Below, piece by piece: positions 12,110-24,846 of a stretch of 64,000 nt of DNA. How positions within the stretch are numbered: position 1 is the first letter of the stretch; each line of letters opens with the position of its first letter. The notes below the pieces were generated by a model that did not search any database, was not told the DNA's origin, and saw nothing but the letters and a program-made list of their open reading frames with translations. Both the position numbers and the translations under genes were made by a program. The stretch comes from Narcine bancroftii (lineage: Eukaryota): positions 298,406,001 to 298,470,000 of the forward strand of contig NC_091470.1 of NCBI RefSeq assembly GCF_036971445.1, read 5' to 3'.

Positions 12110-12205
12110 GCCATTCTGCCAAAAGTACTTTGACTTGAAACATCAGGTGTTTCTCTCTCCACAAATGCTGCTTGACCTGCTGGGTATTTCTACCATTTTG
12201 TTTTT
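12110..12205 (+). mobile_element. Penelope pseudo-LTR relic
   Basis: gacttgaaacatc..aaatgctgcttgacctgctgggtatttctaccattttg arm. Confidence 0.55.
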
Positions 12206-15200
12206 AACTTTGAGAAGATGATCAATCATATTTACTTGTGAGGGCAAAACTTATTCACTGATATTGTCTCTCAGGAGTAAATCTGACAATACCATATACT
12301 GATTTGCTGGCAAGATTACATTCATATAGCTAGGAATGGACTGAATTGGATAATGTACAACCTCCTTGTGTTGAAGTTTGGTATTTTATTTCAGCCTGTT
12401 AATTATAAAATCAGCACTTATACACAGTTGGTTTTACCAGCAGAAGAAATATTTAGATACACAATGCAAAGCTGATATCGTAAATAGAAAATGCACTGAG
12501 AATTTATTGCACAACTGGGGATTCTGTGACCCTAAATTATCTTTCAAATTTTGTGGCTCTGCAGTAATGTCCCTCAGCTGCAGGCTCAGCCAAGTTCGTG
12601 AAAGACCCAAAAGTATTCTTCGAGGCGCTCACCAGGTTGCTGCTTGCAAAGTGACCAGGAGATTTCTCACGTAGACCTTGTTTGTCCTAGGCCTGCACTA
12701 GTTTTGGAACTTCTTCATATGTAGTGCAGCTCCTGATCACTGTGTAGGCGTGGTGGCCGATCCGCGATCATAGTAAATGCAGCTTGTGGTTGTCTGACAG
12801 TGCAGTTTCTACTGCAGAAAGAGAGTAATTGTATCATTCTTGTAAGACAGTCAGCTAAAAATACTTGCATAATTCCTAAAAATGTAATTTTATTATTTGG
12901 CATCTATTGTGCTGTAAATCAATTTTTTTTTAATTTTAAAAACATCTGTGTAGGCACTAAAGGATGCTTAATCTGCCTTTCTTATTTAATTTTCAAAATG
13001 AAACCATTGCTTACTCAAGTACCCTGAAATGGCTTGGTAATTCTTGAGGGAGCCTTTGTCAAATCATCTAGTGGCTCAAGAGAAATAGATCGTTGTCTCA
13101 GGAGATTACCAGGAATATAGAAATTCTCCAATGTCATTTTAAACTATCCCCAGTTAGCCAGAGGGATTTTAATGTTGTAGTTTCTGTGATATTTGAGCTT
13201 GATCCGGCTGGAGAAAGGGTGAGGGGGTGGGTTGAAAGAGGAAAGATGAGCTACTTTAAATCTGTGAAAATTGAATTCAAGGTTGGGAGCCAGCTCCAAT
13301 CCATCAGTTTAACTGATCTACTCTTAGATAATAGGTTGCTGCATCAGTGCACATCTCTAGTTTCACCTAGTCTTTGGAAAACCAAGCAGCTTCATGAAGA
13401 TGAGGAGACATTCATGGGCAAGTCCCATCACAGCCCTGTGATCTGGGAGACACAGGCCTTCAGGTAACCCTAAACTCCCACAGCAAAGAATGAGCCCACA
13501 CCATTAATTTGCCTATCACACTGGGGTCTCTTAGTGAGCGAATAAGTAAAAATCCAACATTCAAACTATATCTTGCCTGACATCTGGGATTGTAGATTAA
13601 AATTACCTGTGAGTGGACATCCCACAACTATTTCAAGAAGGACAGGATTGGGGAAGGAAAACGACCTGGTGTACCTAGCATATAACCAGGACCTGCTTTT
13701 CTATTCTACATTCTGACTCCTCCTAACTTCCCCAGGATCAGAGGATGGAGACTGCTGGAATTGGTCTTTGTGCAAAGTGCATATGCTAGCAGACAGGAAT
13801 TTTTTTTTTATAGAACATAGTACGTATGCCAATCTAATAACCTACTCAACCAACTGCCTATCATTTCCCTGCTGTGCATCCCTCCATTTTTCTCAGTTCT
13901 ATGCACTTATCCAACAGTCCCTTAAAATATCCCTTTATACCTGGCTTCAGGATCACTATTCCATGCACCTATTGCTCTGTGTGAAGAGCTTCAGTCTTGC
14001 AGTCTTCTGTTGAGAGCCAGACTTATCAAAATCAAGGCCCAACAATCAGCTCAACTTTCAGATGAGGAAAGTGGACAACTTGAAATGATGTTTTTATACC
14101 ATGAAAGCTAATATCATCTGAAACTTACTTTCATATCTAGGTAATGAATTCCAATCATAAATCCTGGGCTTCTTTTCTGATACTTATAGTATTTTTGGAA
14201 TAAAAACAGATAAGAGTCAACTTCAAGATCTGGCTAATTTGTGACTTTCAAATCTTTGCTTTATTTTTTTGTTCTGTGGTTCTTTGCTGAAGCCCTTAAT
14301 GACTGCATTAAAGCTAAGTCAAAGGTTTACAAACCTAATCAAATAAAATACAGGGAAGCTTGGGTTGACTTAAAGTCTGGGTTCGTGATGTTATGAGCAT
14401 AGTGTTGATTTTCTGTTCTCTATTTCTGGCAAAATTGTCAGTTGCTCCAAAGGAATACACACGTGATAGGAAATCCTGCCTCTATGTTCAGTGTTCCAAA
14501 CACACAATAAGGAAATCTTGCTGTTCACTACCACCCCTTTTTTCAAAGGCTAATGAGCAAAAGAAAGGCAATGAAACTAGCTTAAACAATATATTTGAAA
14601 CTATGGAAAATTTTTGATAAGGTTCTATGTTGATGACAAATGATAACTTCACCAAAATAAAACTGATATACAAATGGATAATGTTAAAGATCCCAGAGGT
14701 GGTTTTACAAAGCATTATCTTAAATCTATGCTAAATGAACTAAAACTGTACCACATATACCATGAAAAACAAATCCCTTCAAAAGAAAAATTTCTGAGAT
14801 GCTAATATAATCATAAAATGCATCTCAAAATTTTAAGAATTACATTTGAAGGATTCAATACAAAGGTGCAGATTCCATAATTCTATCTTTACTTTTTATT
14901 TTAGTGACACTTTAGAATTCTTAGCTCTTTTTTAAATAGGCTTTTCTCTCAAATATAGTTACCCGTCATATCATAATTTTGTTCTACAATGAATTTACTC
15001 CCTTGGTGTAAATGTCAATCCTTCCCTTACTTTTCCAATAGGCTTATTTCTGCTGTAATTTAAATCAACACTGCTGTCTCTTCCCCCCCCCCCCCACCAC
15101 AATCACTACTTCTTACTTCACCTTCCGCCTAGGAAACAGACCCCATCCTCTTCCCATCAATAAATACTTTCCTGTCCAAGAACAGATTCTGAAATCTCAA

Positions 15201-15399
15201 AGATGAATCCTCCTTTCCTACCTCAGACTTTCAACAACTGGTTCATTTTCCTGATCTGTCAACATCTGGGCCAACTAGCAGATGGCCTGTGAAATGATCC
15301 AGAAATTATCACTATGTGGATTTTTTAAAAAAACAAGCCTGAATCTTCCCTGCAACCTTTGTTCCAATACTCAACACCTTGTGGATTCACCAGGATCCT

Positions 15400-17345
15400 T
15401 TTTTTCAATATTTTTATTCATTTCATTTAGCCAACGTTATATAGGTAAATAAACATGAATAGAACAATAATCATATTTATGTGATAAATACATGCAAAAA
15501 GAAAATAAGAAACTACCAGTAGCTATTCTATTCTTCAAATGCGACCCCCGACCTACAGAGGCTGTTGGCAAAATACATAGTCCACTATCTGATAATGAAT
15601 AAATAATAAACAATGAGGTCAAGAATCACAAAAATAAGTTATGTTTACAAATTTGAGAAATAATTAAACAAAGAATCCCATAAAGAAATAAAGTTTACAT
15701 TCATTACAGTAGTAGAGCATCTAATTTTTTCTAGACAAACATGTTAAACCCTGGGTGGATGGTTCCTTGAGGTATTATTTGAAGAACTGTCTCAACTACT
15801 CTCTATTAACTTGTAACATCGCATTTGTTATCCTCTGTAAAAGGTAAGCCAGGGTTCTGGATCTAGGTTCAGTGGTATATCTCCTAGTTTTATTGAATTA
15901 CATTGAAGTTACAGCAAAGATAGGGGGCATTCAGCCCAAATGCTTGGCCATGAAGTTCTGCTCAAATAAAATCCCTTCCCACTCTCTTCATTTCATTTTA
16001 ACGACATCACTTTCCCTTTCAATATTTTTATTAGTTTCATTGTGGACACCTTCAGCTCTGGTAATTCCAGAAATTTCATTTGATTGTTGAAAGGCAATGG
16101 CTAAAGCTTCTAATGCCAGGTTAAAGAACAGGAGTCTTGTTCTGATGCAATTTAAAGGTTTGGATTTAATTGAGGTAGTAAAAATTGAATCTGTAGGAGA
16201 TAAATATATCAATTTTATCCAATTGATAAATTGGGGACAAAAATTGAATTTTCCTAACACAGTAAATAGATATTCCTATTCCACCCTATCAAATGCTTTT
16301 TCAGCATCTAAGGAAATAATACATTCAGAGGATGCAACTGGAAGGGAATAAAGAATATCTAACAAATGTTAAATTCAGAATGATGACCTTTCATAAGCCT
16401 AGTATGGTCTTCAGAGATAATAAAAAGTATAATAGTTTCTAGCCTGGTATAAGAGGTACAGTTTAATGGATCCTTATTCTTTTTAAGTATTAAAGAAATT
16501 GAGGCTTTGTAAAAAGTTTCTGGTAACTTCCCACTTGCGAAATATTGAGATTAAACTAAATTCAATTGAGGTTATCAATAGGTGGGAAAATATTTTAAAA
16601 CTCCGCAGGGAAGCCGTCTGGCTCGGCAACTTTGCCGTACTGCAAAGAGTTAATAGCTGTAGTAATCTCACTTACAGAGATAAAGCTGTTTCAGCTTTAG
16701 TTTGTTCTCTGAAGAGACAGTGGGAATATTCATTCTATCCAAGAATTGCATCATAGAGGTTTAATCTTAAACCAAATCAGAATTGAGTTAAAATAAAACT
16801 GGGGAAAACTCTTGTTTATTTCAGCATGATTATTTATAATCTTACTATTAGACTCATGGATCCCTGTAATAAGTTGTTTAGCTGTATAACTTTTACTTCG
16901 GATAGCTAATAGTTTCCCTGCCTTATCTCCATGAAAAAAGAATTTAGATTTACTTTTTAAAGAGTTGAGTCTGTATAGGTAGTTAAGAAGCAAGTCATGT
17001 CTAGTTTTAATTTTGACCTTTATAAAAAGCTTGGGTTTCAGACCCAAGGCATATTGTTGATCAATATGTTTAATTTGATTAGCCAAGTCATCTTTCTCAG
17101 AATTAGTTTTCTTTTTAACATTAGTCATAAAATAAATTATTCAACCCCTAATGAAGGCATTAAAAGCATCCCAAACTACGAAACAGGATACATTTGGAGT
17201 AGAACTTTTACTGAAAAAAGTGGTTTGATCTTTCATAAATTTAAAAAAATAAATCGGGATCTGATAGAAATAGTGTTAAAATGCCATTGCTTGGTTACTT
17301 TAGAGCAAATCCTGTATATTAATAGACAAGATCACAAGATCATGA
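15400..17345 (-). mobile_element. Degenerate L1 LINE (family A), internally deleted
   Basis: Poly(T) end at about 15400; ORF2 remnants HGDKAGKLLA, SLDAEKAFDRVE, FINWIKLIY, LALEALAIA. Confidence 0.88.
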
Positions 17346-17699
17346 ACCAGAATCCTTTCTAATTTCCCCTCAAGCCACTATGAGATATCCCTAACCAGGT
17401 AGGCAAGACAACTTTCAGGATTTTTGTTACTGGACGCAAGATTTTTAATGATCTTTTTAACTATTTCCTACCTACATTATGAACCATGTGTCTTGATTTG
17501 TGCTGTGGCTGTCTAACCTGTAGCCTTTCTCTTTGTCCCCAGAGGTAAAAACTCCACCATATTTGTTGAACAGGATCATGTCTGTGGAACACTCAGAAAC
17601 CCTTTCTACTTTGAATAAGACAATTCAAGTTACATTTTCAAGATTATGAAAGGGGCTAAAAACTTGTACAAATAGTTATTTACTGTATTGAATAGAACA

Positions 17700-18290
17700 C
17701 AAGAACATAAGAAATAGGAGCAGGAATAGACTGTACACCCGTTGAACTCTGCCATTTAATGAGATCATGACTGATCTGATGATTAGCTCATCTCCATCTA
17801 CTTGCCTTTTCCTCATATCCTTAAATTCCCCTATGATGTAAAAATCTATCCAACCTTGTCAAATATATTTACTGTGGTAGCCTCCACTGCTTCAATGGGC
17901 AGTGAATTCCACCCTCTAGGAAAAGCAGTTCCTCCTTATCTCGCTTCTAAATCTATTATCCACCCTACTTCTAGTCTCCCTCACCAATGGAAACAACTTA
18001 ATAACCTCTACCTTGAATATGCGTTTCATAATTTTATAAGTTTCTATGATCCCCTCTCATTCTTTTAATTCCAGCGAGTACAGTCTCTCCTCATAGGCTA
18101 ACCTTCTCATCTCTGGAATCAACCTGGTGCACCTCCTCTCCACTGCCTCAAAAGATGGTATATCCACAAGTAAGGAGACCAGAACTGCATGCAGTACTCC
18201 AGATATGATCTCACGAGTACCGTGTACAGTTGCAGCATAACCTCCCTGCTTTTAAATTCAATCCCTCTAGCAATGAAGTACAACATGCAT
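17700..18290 (-). mobile_element. CR1 LINE 3' fragment
   Basis: Tail aagaacataagaaataggagcagg (reverse complement of the CR1 3' end) and LEYCMQFWSPY coding remnant. Confidence 0.85.
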
Positions 18291-18724
18291 TCAGAACAAT
18301 CTGAAGAATTTTAACCTAGAAATTACAGACTAATAAAACAAGATACTGTAGCAGACATTATAAATGGCTTCAAGCTGTTAATCTTCAGGAGAGACAGCAG
18401 ATTTTTTGTGATTAAAGGTATCTGTCCTGTTCATGAACTTAGAATTTCCCTGAAAACAGTAATAAATCTCTGCTTTGCAGAATAGCACAGAAGCACATGC
18501 AATAGATAATAAAGCTTGTTGTGGGTTATTGCACAAAAAAAGTACAACATTTCTGCATAGAACCAGCATCTCAAAGAAATCATATAAAATCTATAACACA
18601 GGAATAGACCATTCCATCTCTCACACCTGAGCCAGTGGGGAGAGAGTACTCCAACCTGATTCCTCCATCTAGCACCAGGTCTGCAACCTAGTAGGTCATG
18701 GTCTTTCACAGCCATACCCCAAAA

Positions 18725-20095
18725 GTAAACTACTGCAGGAGCTGGAAAGCTGAAATTAAAAGCAAAAAGCCAGAACTACTCAAAAGATCATGCAGCACCA
18801 CGGAAAACAAGACAAAAATCAACATTTCGGGTTGATGACGTATCACCAAGAGTAGGAAAAGTTAGAAAAATACACGTCAAGCTGCAGTTAAAGAGGGGAG
18901 TGGCAGGAGCAAAAGGGAATGTTTGAGAAAGGATGGAGGATTATGACTTGATGAGAGAGAAAACAAAAAGTCTGGGGATACAAAGGTCACAAAGGCTGAT
19001 TAATATATGGTGAAATCATTGCTGGGTCTTAATGACTCCAGTGTATCCAAGGCTTCCAAATGACGGCAGTGCTGGGCTGCTGTCATGGACCTACGGCAAG
19101 GGGCTATGGCCTGGTCATAATGCTGATGGGTCCATACAGGCTTTAAAAAAAAATCTTTAAACCACAGAGGTCCTTGTCCAAAATAGTGGCTCCCATGCTT
19201 GACAGCAGACCATGAGGGGTTGCGGACTTCAGGAGATCAGTGAACCATTACAGGGCACCAGAGTGGGAGATCACTCTGCATCCCCCAGCTGAGAAAGTGA
19301 AGCAAGGGAAATGACCCGACAGGGAAGGGTACACAGCAGTAGTCCAGCGAAGGGTTGAAGGCTCCACATAGGCCAACAGGCTGCTAATAACTGGTTCCAT
19401 GGGAATCAGGTACCAGGACACAAAAGGATGCAGAGGGTAAGAAGGTTTCCTGAAGGAGCCTTGGGTGGTAAAAGCTTCTTGATAGTATAGGATCTTCTGT
19501 TATATTGTATGGGTTTGTCAATGCAAAAATAGGAGGGTACGAAAATGTCGAAGTGCTGGAGGTGAATCCATAGACACTCAGGGTCTCCGATGTGACTCTA
19601 TTGCTTCTCTTTCTTTTATTGTTGGGGGCACCAGGAAATGCCGATAGTATCTCTTTGTTTGCCTTACACCAGTCAAAAGTTGAAAAATTGTGTGCATTAT
19701 AACATTTTGTGTGTTAGTACACAACAATAAAGGAATACTGAATCTAGTTAGAAGATGAAGAGGGTTTATCAGAATGGGAGCAGTGTATGTGATGCAGAAT
19801 TAAGGTGACAGGCAAGAAAAACTTGCAGATTGAATGGAAGTATTCTGCAGAGAGATTTTCCAATTTCTATTTGAGATCCAGTTGGCATGGCCACCACTTC
19901 TGTCATTCTCTCTCCCGGTTTTGACTTTCCCACACACCTTTTTTAGTTCAACCCCGACCCTTCTCTCTGCAGCTGAAATCTTGTCTCTTATCTTCCCCAG
20001 TTCTGATAAGAAAGAATTCAATTTGAAATGTTCAGTTTCTGTCTCCATAGCTGTTCCCTAACCTGCTGAGTATACTCAGATTTTTTGTTCATTTC
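18725..20095. mobile_element. Penelope-derived element with ~200-bp inverted arms (18725-18940 and 19900-20095), split by an insertion
   Basis: Left arm aacatttcgggttgatgacgtatcaccaag and right arm ttctgataagaaagaattcaatttgaaatgtt are degenerate reverse complements. Confidence 0.55.
19040..19745 (+). mobile_element. Non-autonomous element with a Rex1-like 3' tail (copy 1)
   Basis: Diverged reverse-complement homolog of 21715-22500; ends acaataaaggaatactgaatct. Confidence 0.6.
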
Positions 20096-20289
20096 TAGTT
20101 TATTTATCATGTGACAGAACATATATAGCGCTTGCGTGAATAACCTTGAGGTCTTCTTCTGGTCTTCAGTTCACTATAGAGCAGGTGATCATCCATTCTG
20201 ATGACACGTCCCACCCATTGCATCTGGGCTCTGATGATCAGAAACTCAGTGCTGGTGGACTTCATGCAACACTGTGAAGGAACCCCCTA

Positions 20290-20580
20290 CTCTACTGTGA
20301 CATCCAGTCAAGAGAACTAGGAGCTGCAACTGCTGACAGATCCTGCTGGTGAACCCTGTGCTATGAAGCCTACGCCAGTTGTGAAGACAGGCACTGCCAA
20401 AAACTGATGGAAAACCGTGAATAGCATCACAAATCAGGAGCCACAGTTATTACAAAATGGACTTCCAGTGCCCCCATTGTGCTAGACTTTGCGCTTCCAG
20501 ACTGGGACCGCAAAGTCACCTTCGTGTCCACAGATGAACTGCATTACAAAGTGTCTTTTTCGACCTGAACGACTACCAAT
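20290..20580 (+). mobile_element. RTE-clade LINE 3' fragment
   Basis: C-terminal zinc knuckle CPHCARLCASRLG..SHLRVHR* followed by a short 3' UTR (ttcgacctgaacgactacc). Confidence 0.7.
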
Positions 20581-20699
20581 ATATATGTACATATATAACC
20601 AAACAAGACAGTTTCTCCCAACCACAGTGCACACATATGTACACACAGGAATCACATACAAAAATACAATACAAAATAAATACTTACAACATTTCAGAA

Positions 20700-21150
20700 T
20701 AATCTACTGGTTTGATTTATAAGAGACCCAAGGTTACAGGATATCATTCATCCATTTCACAGCCTTCAGGAGGAGGTTATTTGTCAGCCTGGCAATCCTG
20801 ATTTTGTTCGTGAACCTCCGGCCTGTGTGATAGAAGTAGGGATCATCGATAATTTAAGCAATGCTCCCAGTGAATGTCATTAATAAAGGAAAAGGAGATC
20901 CCAGTGATTTTCTCAGCCATTCTAATACTCCTCTTCATTGATTTCTGGTCCGATGTTTTGCAGCTACCACACCACACAGTAATGTAGCCAAACAGCACAT
21001 TCTCAATTGTGCTCCAATGAAACATTGTCAAGATTAGAGCTAGCAGCCTTGCCCTCCTCATCCTCCTTAGGAAATATAGTTACTGCTCCATCTTCCTAAC
21101 GAATGAGGTGTTGCAGATCCTGGATAGGTCATCTGTTACATGCAAACATT
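20700..21150 (-). mobile_element. Rex1/Babar LINE 3' fragment
   Basis: STIENVLFGYITVWCGSC..AEKITG. Confidence 0.8.
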
Positions 21151-21404
21151 AAAGCGATGTATGCAAACTTTCTTGGCCTTGGACTTTCTTTTGATAATTA
21201 AAACAGAAATATCAAATAAATTTTGAGGGTGCCTAGATATATTTGGCACATTTGTAGGAATGAAGGAAAACACGGCAGCATTAAGCAATACACCTAAAAA
21301 TGAACCTGTGTTAAATAATAGCCTTTTTAAGTTTCTCAATAATTAGATCTGGGATATGAATTCATAGGCCATTTGAAGACAAATTCAGCACTGATTTAAA
21401 AGTC

Positions 21405-24100
21405 GGTAGAATCAGGTTTATTGTCATGAACATGTGTCATAAAATGTATTGCTTTACAGTAGAGTGCAGAACAAGATGCAACATTACTATCAATTCCAAT
21501 TCCATTAATTTTAAGATTTTAAGAAAGTAAATAATGAGTGCAAAAAGAGAAAAAGTAAGGTAGTGTCCTGAGGTTCATTGGACATTCAGAAAGCTGTGTT
21601 TGAAACGTTGAATGTGTGTCTTCCGGCACCTGGATCTCCTTCCTTATAGTAGCAGTGAGGAAAAAAAAAATGGTCTGGGTGGTGAGGGTCCTTGAAGATA
21701 GAAGCTGCTTTCTTGATTCAAGATTACTTTATTGTCATGCAATCAAATAGAAAATGTGATATTACACAAAATTTCCTTTAGTCTCTGGTAAGGTAGACAA
21801 AGATTTGCTCTCAGCAGAAATTGCCCAGCACCCCTTACAATCAGAGAAAGAGAAGTAAAAGAGATTCCCCCAGAATCACTGAGTGTCGATAGATTTTCCT
21901 CCTGTGCTCCTGCAGGCTCTGCAGCCACACAGCCTTCAGTCCAAATCATCAGGAATCTGAGCTCCACATGCAAACTGCTGACCTGATCAGGAAGCCCCCA
22001 GCACCCTCTACCTCCTGGTTACAATACCTGATACCCCATCAGCCAGTATCAAGTCAGTCTCCAGCAGTCCGCAGCCTGGTGAGAGTCCCTTTACCACAGA
22101 TGCCAGCAGCCCGTAGCTTGTGTGGGTTCTTTGTCTCGAGTCGCCAACAGCTCGCTGCCTGTGTGATTTTTAGCATCAGAGGTTTCACTGGTCCACCACC
22201 TTGGCCACCATCCTGTGGGTTGTCTCCTCTGGTTCTCCTTGTCAAACTGAGGAGATGGGGGTCCTCCCCATTTTCTGTGCCCTGCACCAGTTCTCTGCTT
22301 CCCCAGAGTCTGCAAACCCCTGTGGCCACTGCTATACATAGGGTCCATTATCTTGGGCCCAACCCAGCATTTAAAGCCTGCAAAGATCTGATGGTAGTTG
22401 GACACTGTGGGGTACCACTGTGTCTCCACTGTCCAGTCTCAATAGGTCCCCACCAGCAGAGGCACTGCTGTGTGAATGGGAGCGCTGCCATTTTTTTCTT
22501 TAAGTGGCACTAACTCTTAAAAATGTCTTTAATGAAGACCAATGCCCAAAATGGCACTGACTGAGTTTACCATCATCTGTAGCCTGTTCCTGTTGCATGA
22601 TTGGTGCCTCCATACCATACAGTTATGCATCCAGACAGAATGCTCTCCAAGTACACTAGTAGAATTTGCAAGTCTTTGGTGACGTAACAATTTTTCTCAT
22701 CTCCTAACAAAATATAGCAACTGATATGCTTTCTTCATGATTGCATCAACATGATGGTCCCAGGATAGATCTTCAGAGATGTTGACACCCAGGAATTTGA
22801 AGTTTATTACCCTCTCCATTGCTGACCCCTCGACTAGGAATGTTTTGAGATCTCCATGCTTCCCCTTCCTGAAGTCCATAATCATTTCCTTAGTTTTACT
22901 GATGTTGAGTGCAAGGTTGTGACACCACCCAACTAGCTGATCTATCCCACTCCTTTATGCTTCCTCATTGCGATTTGCAATTCTACTGACAACCATGGTG
23001 CTATCAGAAAATTTGTAAATGCCATTTGACTTGTGCCTAGCCACACACTCATGGGTGTAGAGTAGAGCTGTGGGATAAGCAGGCATTCTTAAAGTGCATC
23101 TCTGTTCATAGTCAATGAGGAGGAGACATTATTACTGATTTGCACTGATCGTTGTCTTCTGATGAGTAAGTCAAGCATCCAGTTGCAGAGGGAGGTGCAG
23201 TGGCCTAGGTTTTGAAGCTTACTGACCAGTTCTGTGTGATTGATGGAGTTGAAAGGTGAACTATAATTGATGATTGATGAAAAGCAGCCTGATGTAGGTA
23301 TTGCTGTTGTCTAAGTGATCCAGGGCTAAGTGTAGAGCCAGTGAGATTGCATTTGTTGTGGAATGATTGTGGCGATAGACAAATTGCAGTGTCGAGGGCT
23401 TTACTTAGGCATGAGTTAATTCTGGCCATGACCAACCTCTCAAAACATTTCAATACAGTAGATCTGAGTGCTCCTGGGTGATAGTATTGAAGCAACTCTG
23501 CTCTTCTTGACTGATGCTCTTTTGAAGCAGGTGGGAACCTCCAACTTCAGCAGTGAGAGAACGAAAATGTTTGTGACTACTCCAGCTAGTTGGTTGGCAC
23601 AGATTTTCAGTACCTTTCCAGGTATGCCTTCAGGGCCTGGTACCTTGTGAGAGTTCTGATGTTGGCCTTTGAAACTAATACCACAGGGATGCCATCTTTT
23701 GCAGGATTCTCACTAGTACTGTTGAATCCCCCTTTTCAAAGTAAGGATGAAAGGCTTTCAACTCATTCAGGAGTGAAGCATCACAGCCATTTACGATGTT
23801 AGGTTTTTCCTGTAGGATCTAATGCCCTGCAAGCCCTGCCATAGCTGTTGTGGATCTGATTCTAACTTCACACAGAGTTGCTTCTTTGCTGCTACAATAA
23901 CCTTCCAAAGGTTGTACCTGGCCTTTGTATCGAAATCTGGATCACCATTGATAGAGCCCTCATCAGGTTGAAAATACTTTAGTTCATCCACAGCTTTTGG
24001 TTAGGCTACTCATGGTATGTGTGGGCACACACTCATCTGTACAGGTCCTATGAAGTCAGTGTCAACTGTAGCACATTCTTTCAAATCTGAAGATGAATCA
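21405..24100 (-). mobile_element. Rex1/Babar LINE, decayed, interrupted by 21715-22500
   Basis: LWQGLQ, GPEGIPG, LKCFERLVM, IMDFRKG..FKFLGVNISEDLSW motifs; tail acaataaacctgattct. Confidence 0.88.
21715..22500 (-). mobile_element. Non-autonomous element with a Rex1-like 3' tail (copy 2)
   Basis: Begins aaaatggcagcgc and ends gacaataaaagtaatcttgaatc on the minus strand; homologous to 19040-19745. Confidence 0.65.
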
Positions 24101-24109
24101 TTGAATCAG

Positions 24110-24824
24110 AATTAGAAGTTTATTCACAAGTAGGGTGGAGAATCTTGTCTATCACGTGATCCTACCAGTAAGTACCTAGTCAGAAATCGCATCACTTGCC
24201 AATCAAGGACCATTGGCTCTTTTAATCACCTAACGATTATGTGGGCTGGACCCTCCAACTTACTGTACTATAAAATCCACCAAGAGGAGCGGCTCTTCCT
24301 CTTTTGCTCTTCGGCCCTGAGATGAACCCTGGTCCACTCCAGTTCAAGAACTGTGGGCAATGCCAGAGGAGTCTTTGGTAAGCTGTGCATTACATAGGGA
24401 TCGAGGCTGTTGTATATTATTGTAGATAGCATCTAAGCCGTGTCCACATTAGACAAAGAATGGTAGGTGGCGTATTGTAGTCCTTAGTGCGCTAAATCTG
24501 TAAAAAACAGTTGCTAGTATCAGTAGTGTTAAGTTCGATGTGAATTGGTTGTACTGTGCTTGCATGTCTGTACACAGTTGCTAATATTGGGAATCATTGT
24601 ATCTAATATGAATGGGTTGTACTGTGCTTGTTTGAGAGGAAGCAGTTGCTTGTATCAGGAGTGTTGAGTTTGATGTACTGAGTTGTGTGATTGAGGGTAC
24701 TAGTGTGTGCAATCCCTGTTGCAATCCCTTTGCATGTGTTTCAATAACACATTCCTGTGTTCAGCCTGTGTCCAGACTCGTTGGACTTTGAAACCATTGA
24801 ATTTGTTTCCCTTCCCACATAACA
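24110..24824 (+). mobile_element. ERV 5' LTR (left boundary uncertain)
   Basis: CCAAT at about 24199, TATAAAA at about 24269, three internal ~65-bp repeats, ends ..cataaca immediately before a PBS. Confidence 0.7.
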
Positions 24825-24826
24825 AT

Positions 24827-24846
24827 TAGCGCTGCAAGCAGGGTTC
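24827..24846 (+). promoter_or_regulatory. tRNA-Ser-type primer-binding site
   Basis: tagcgctgcaagcagggttc versus the complement of vertebrate tRNA-Ser 3' ends as recalled (TGGCGCAGCGAGCAGGGTTC / TGGCGCTGTGAGCAGGATTC). Confidence 0.7.

Noticed and set aside
21968-22513. 181-aa ORF and overlapping antisense ORFs
   Set aside because: GC-rich interior of a non-autonomous repeat; no comparable ORF in the second copy at 19040-19745.
24505-24695. Repeat-spacer-like pattern resembling CRISPR
   Set aside because: Eukaryotic LTR tandem repeats with no unique spacers and no cas genes.
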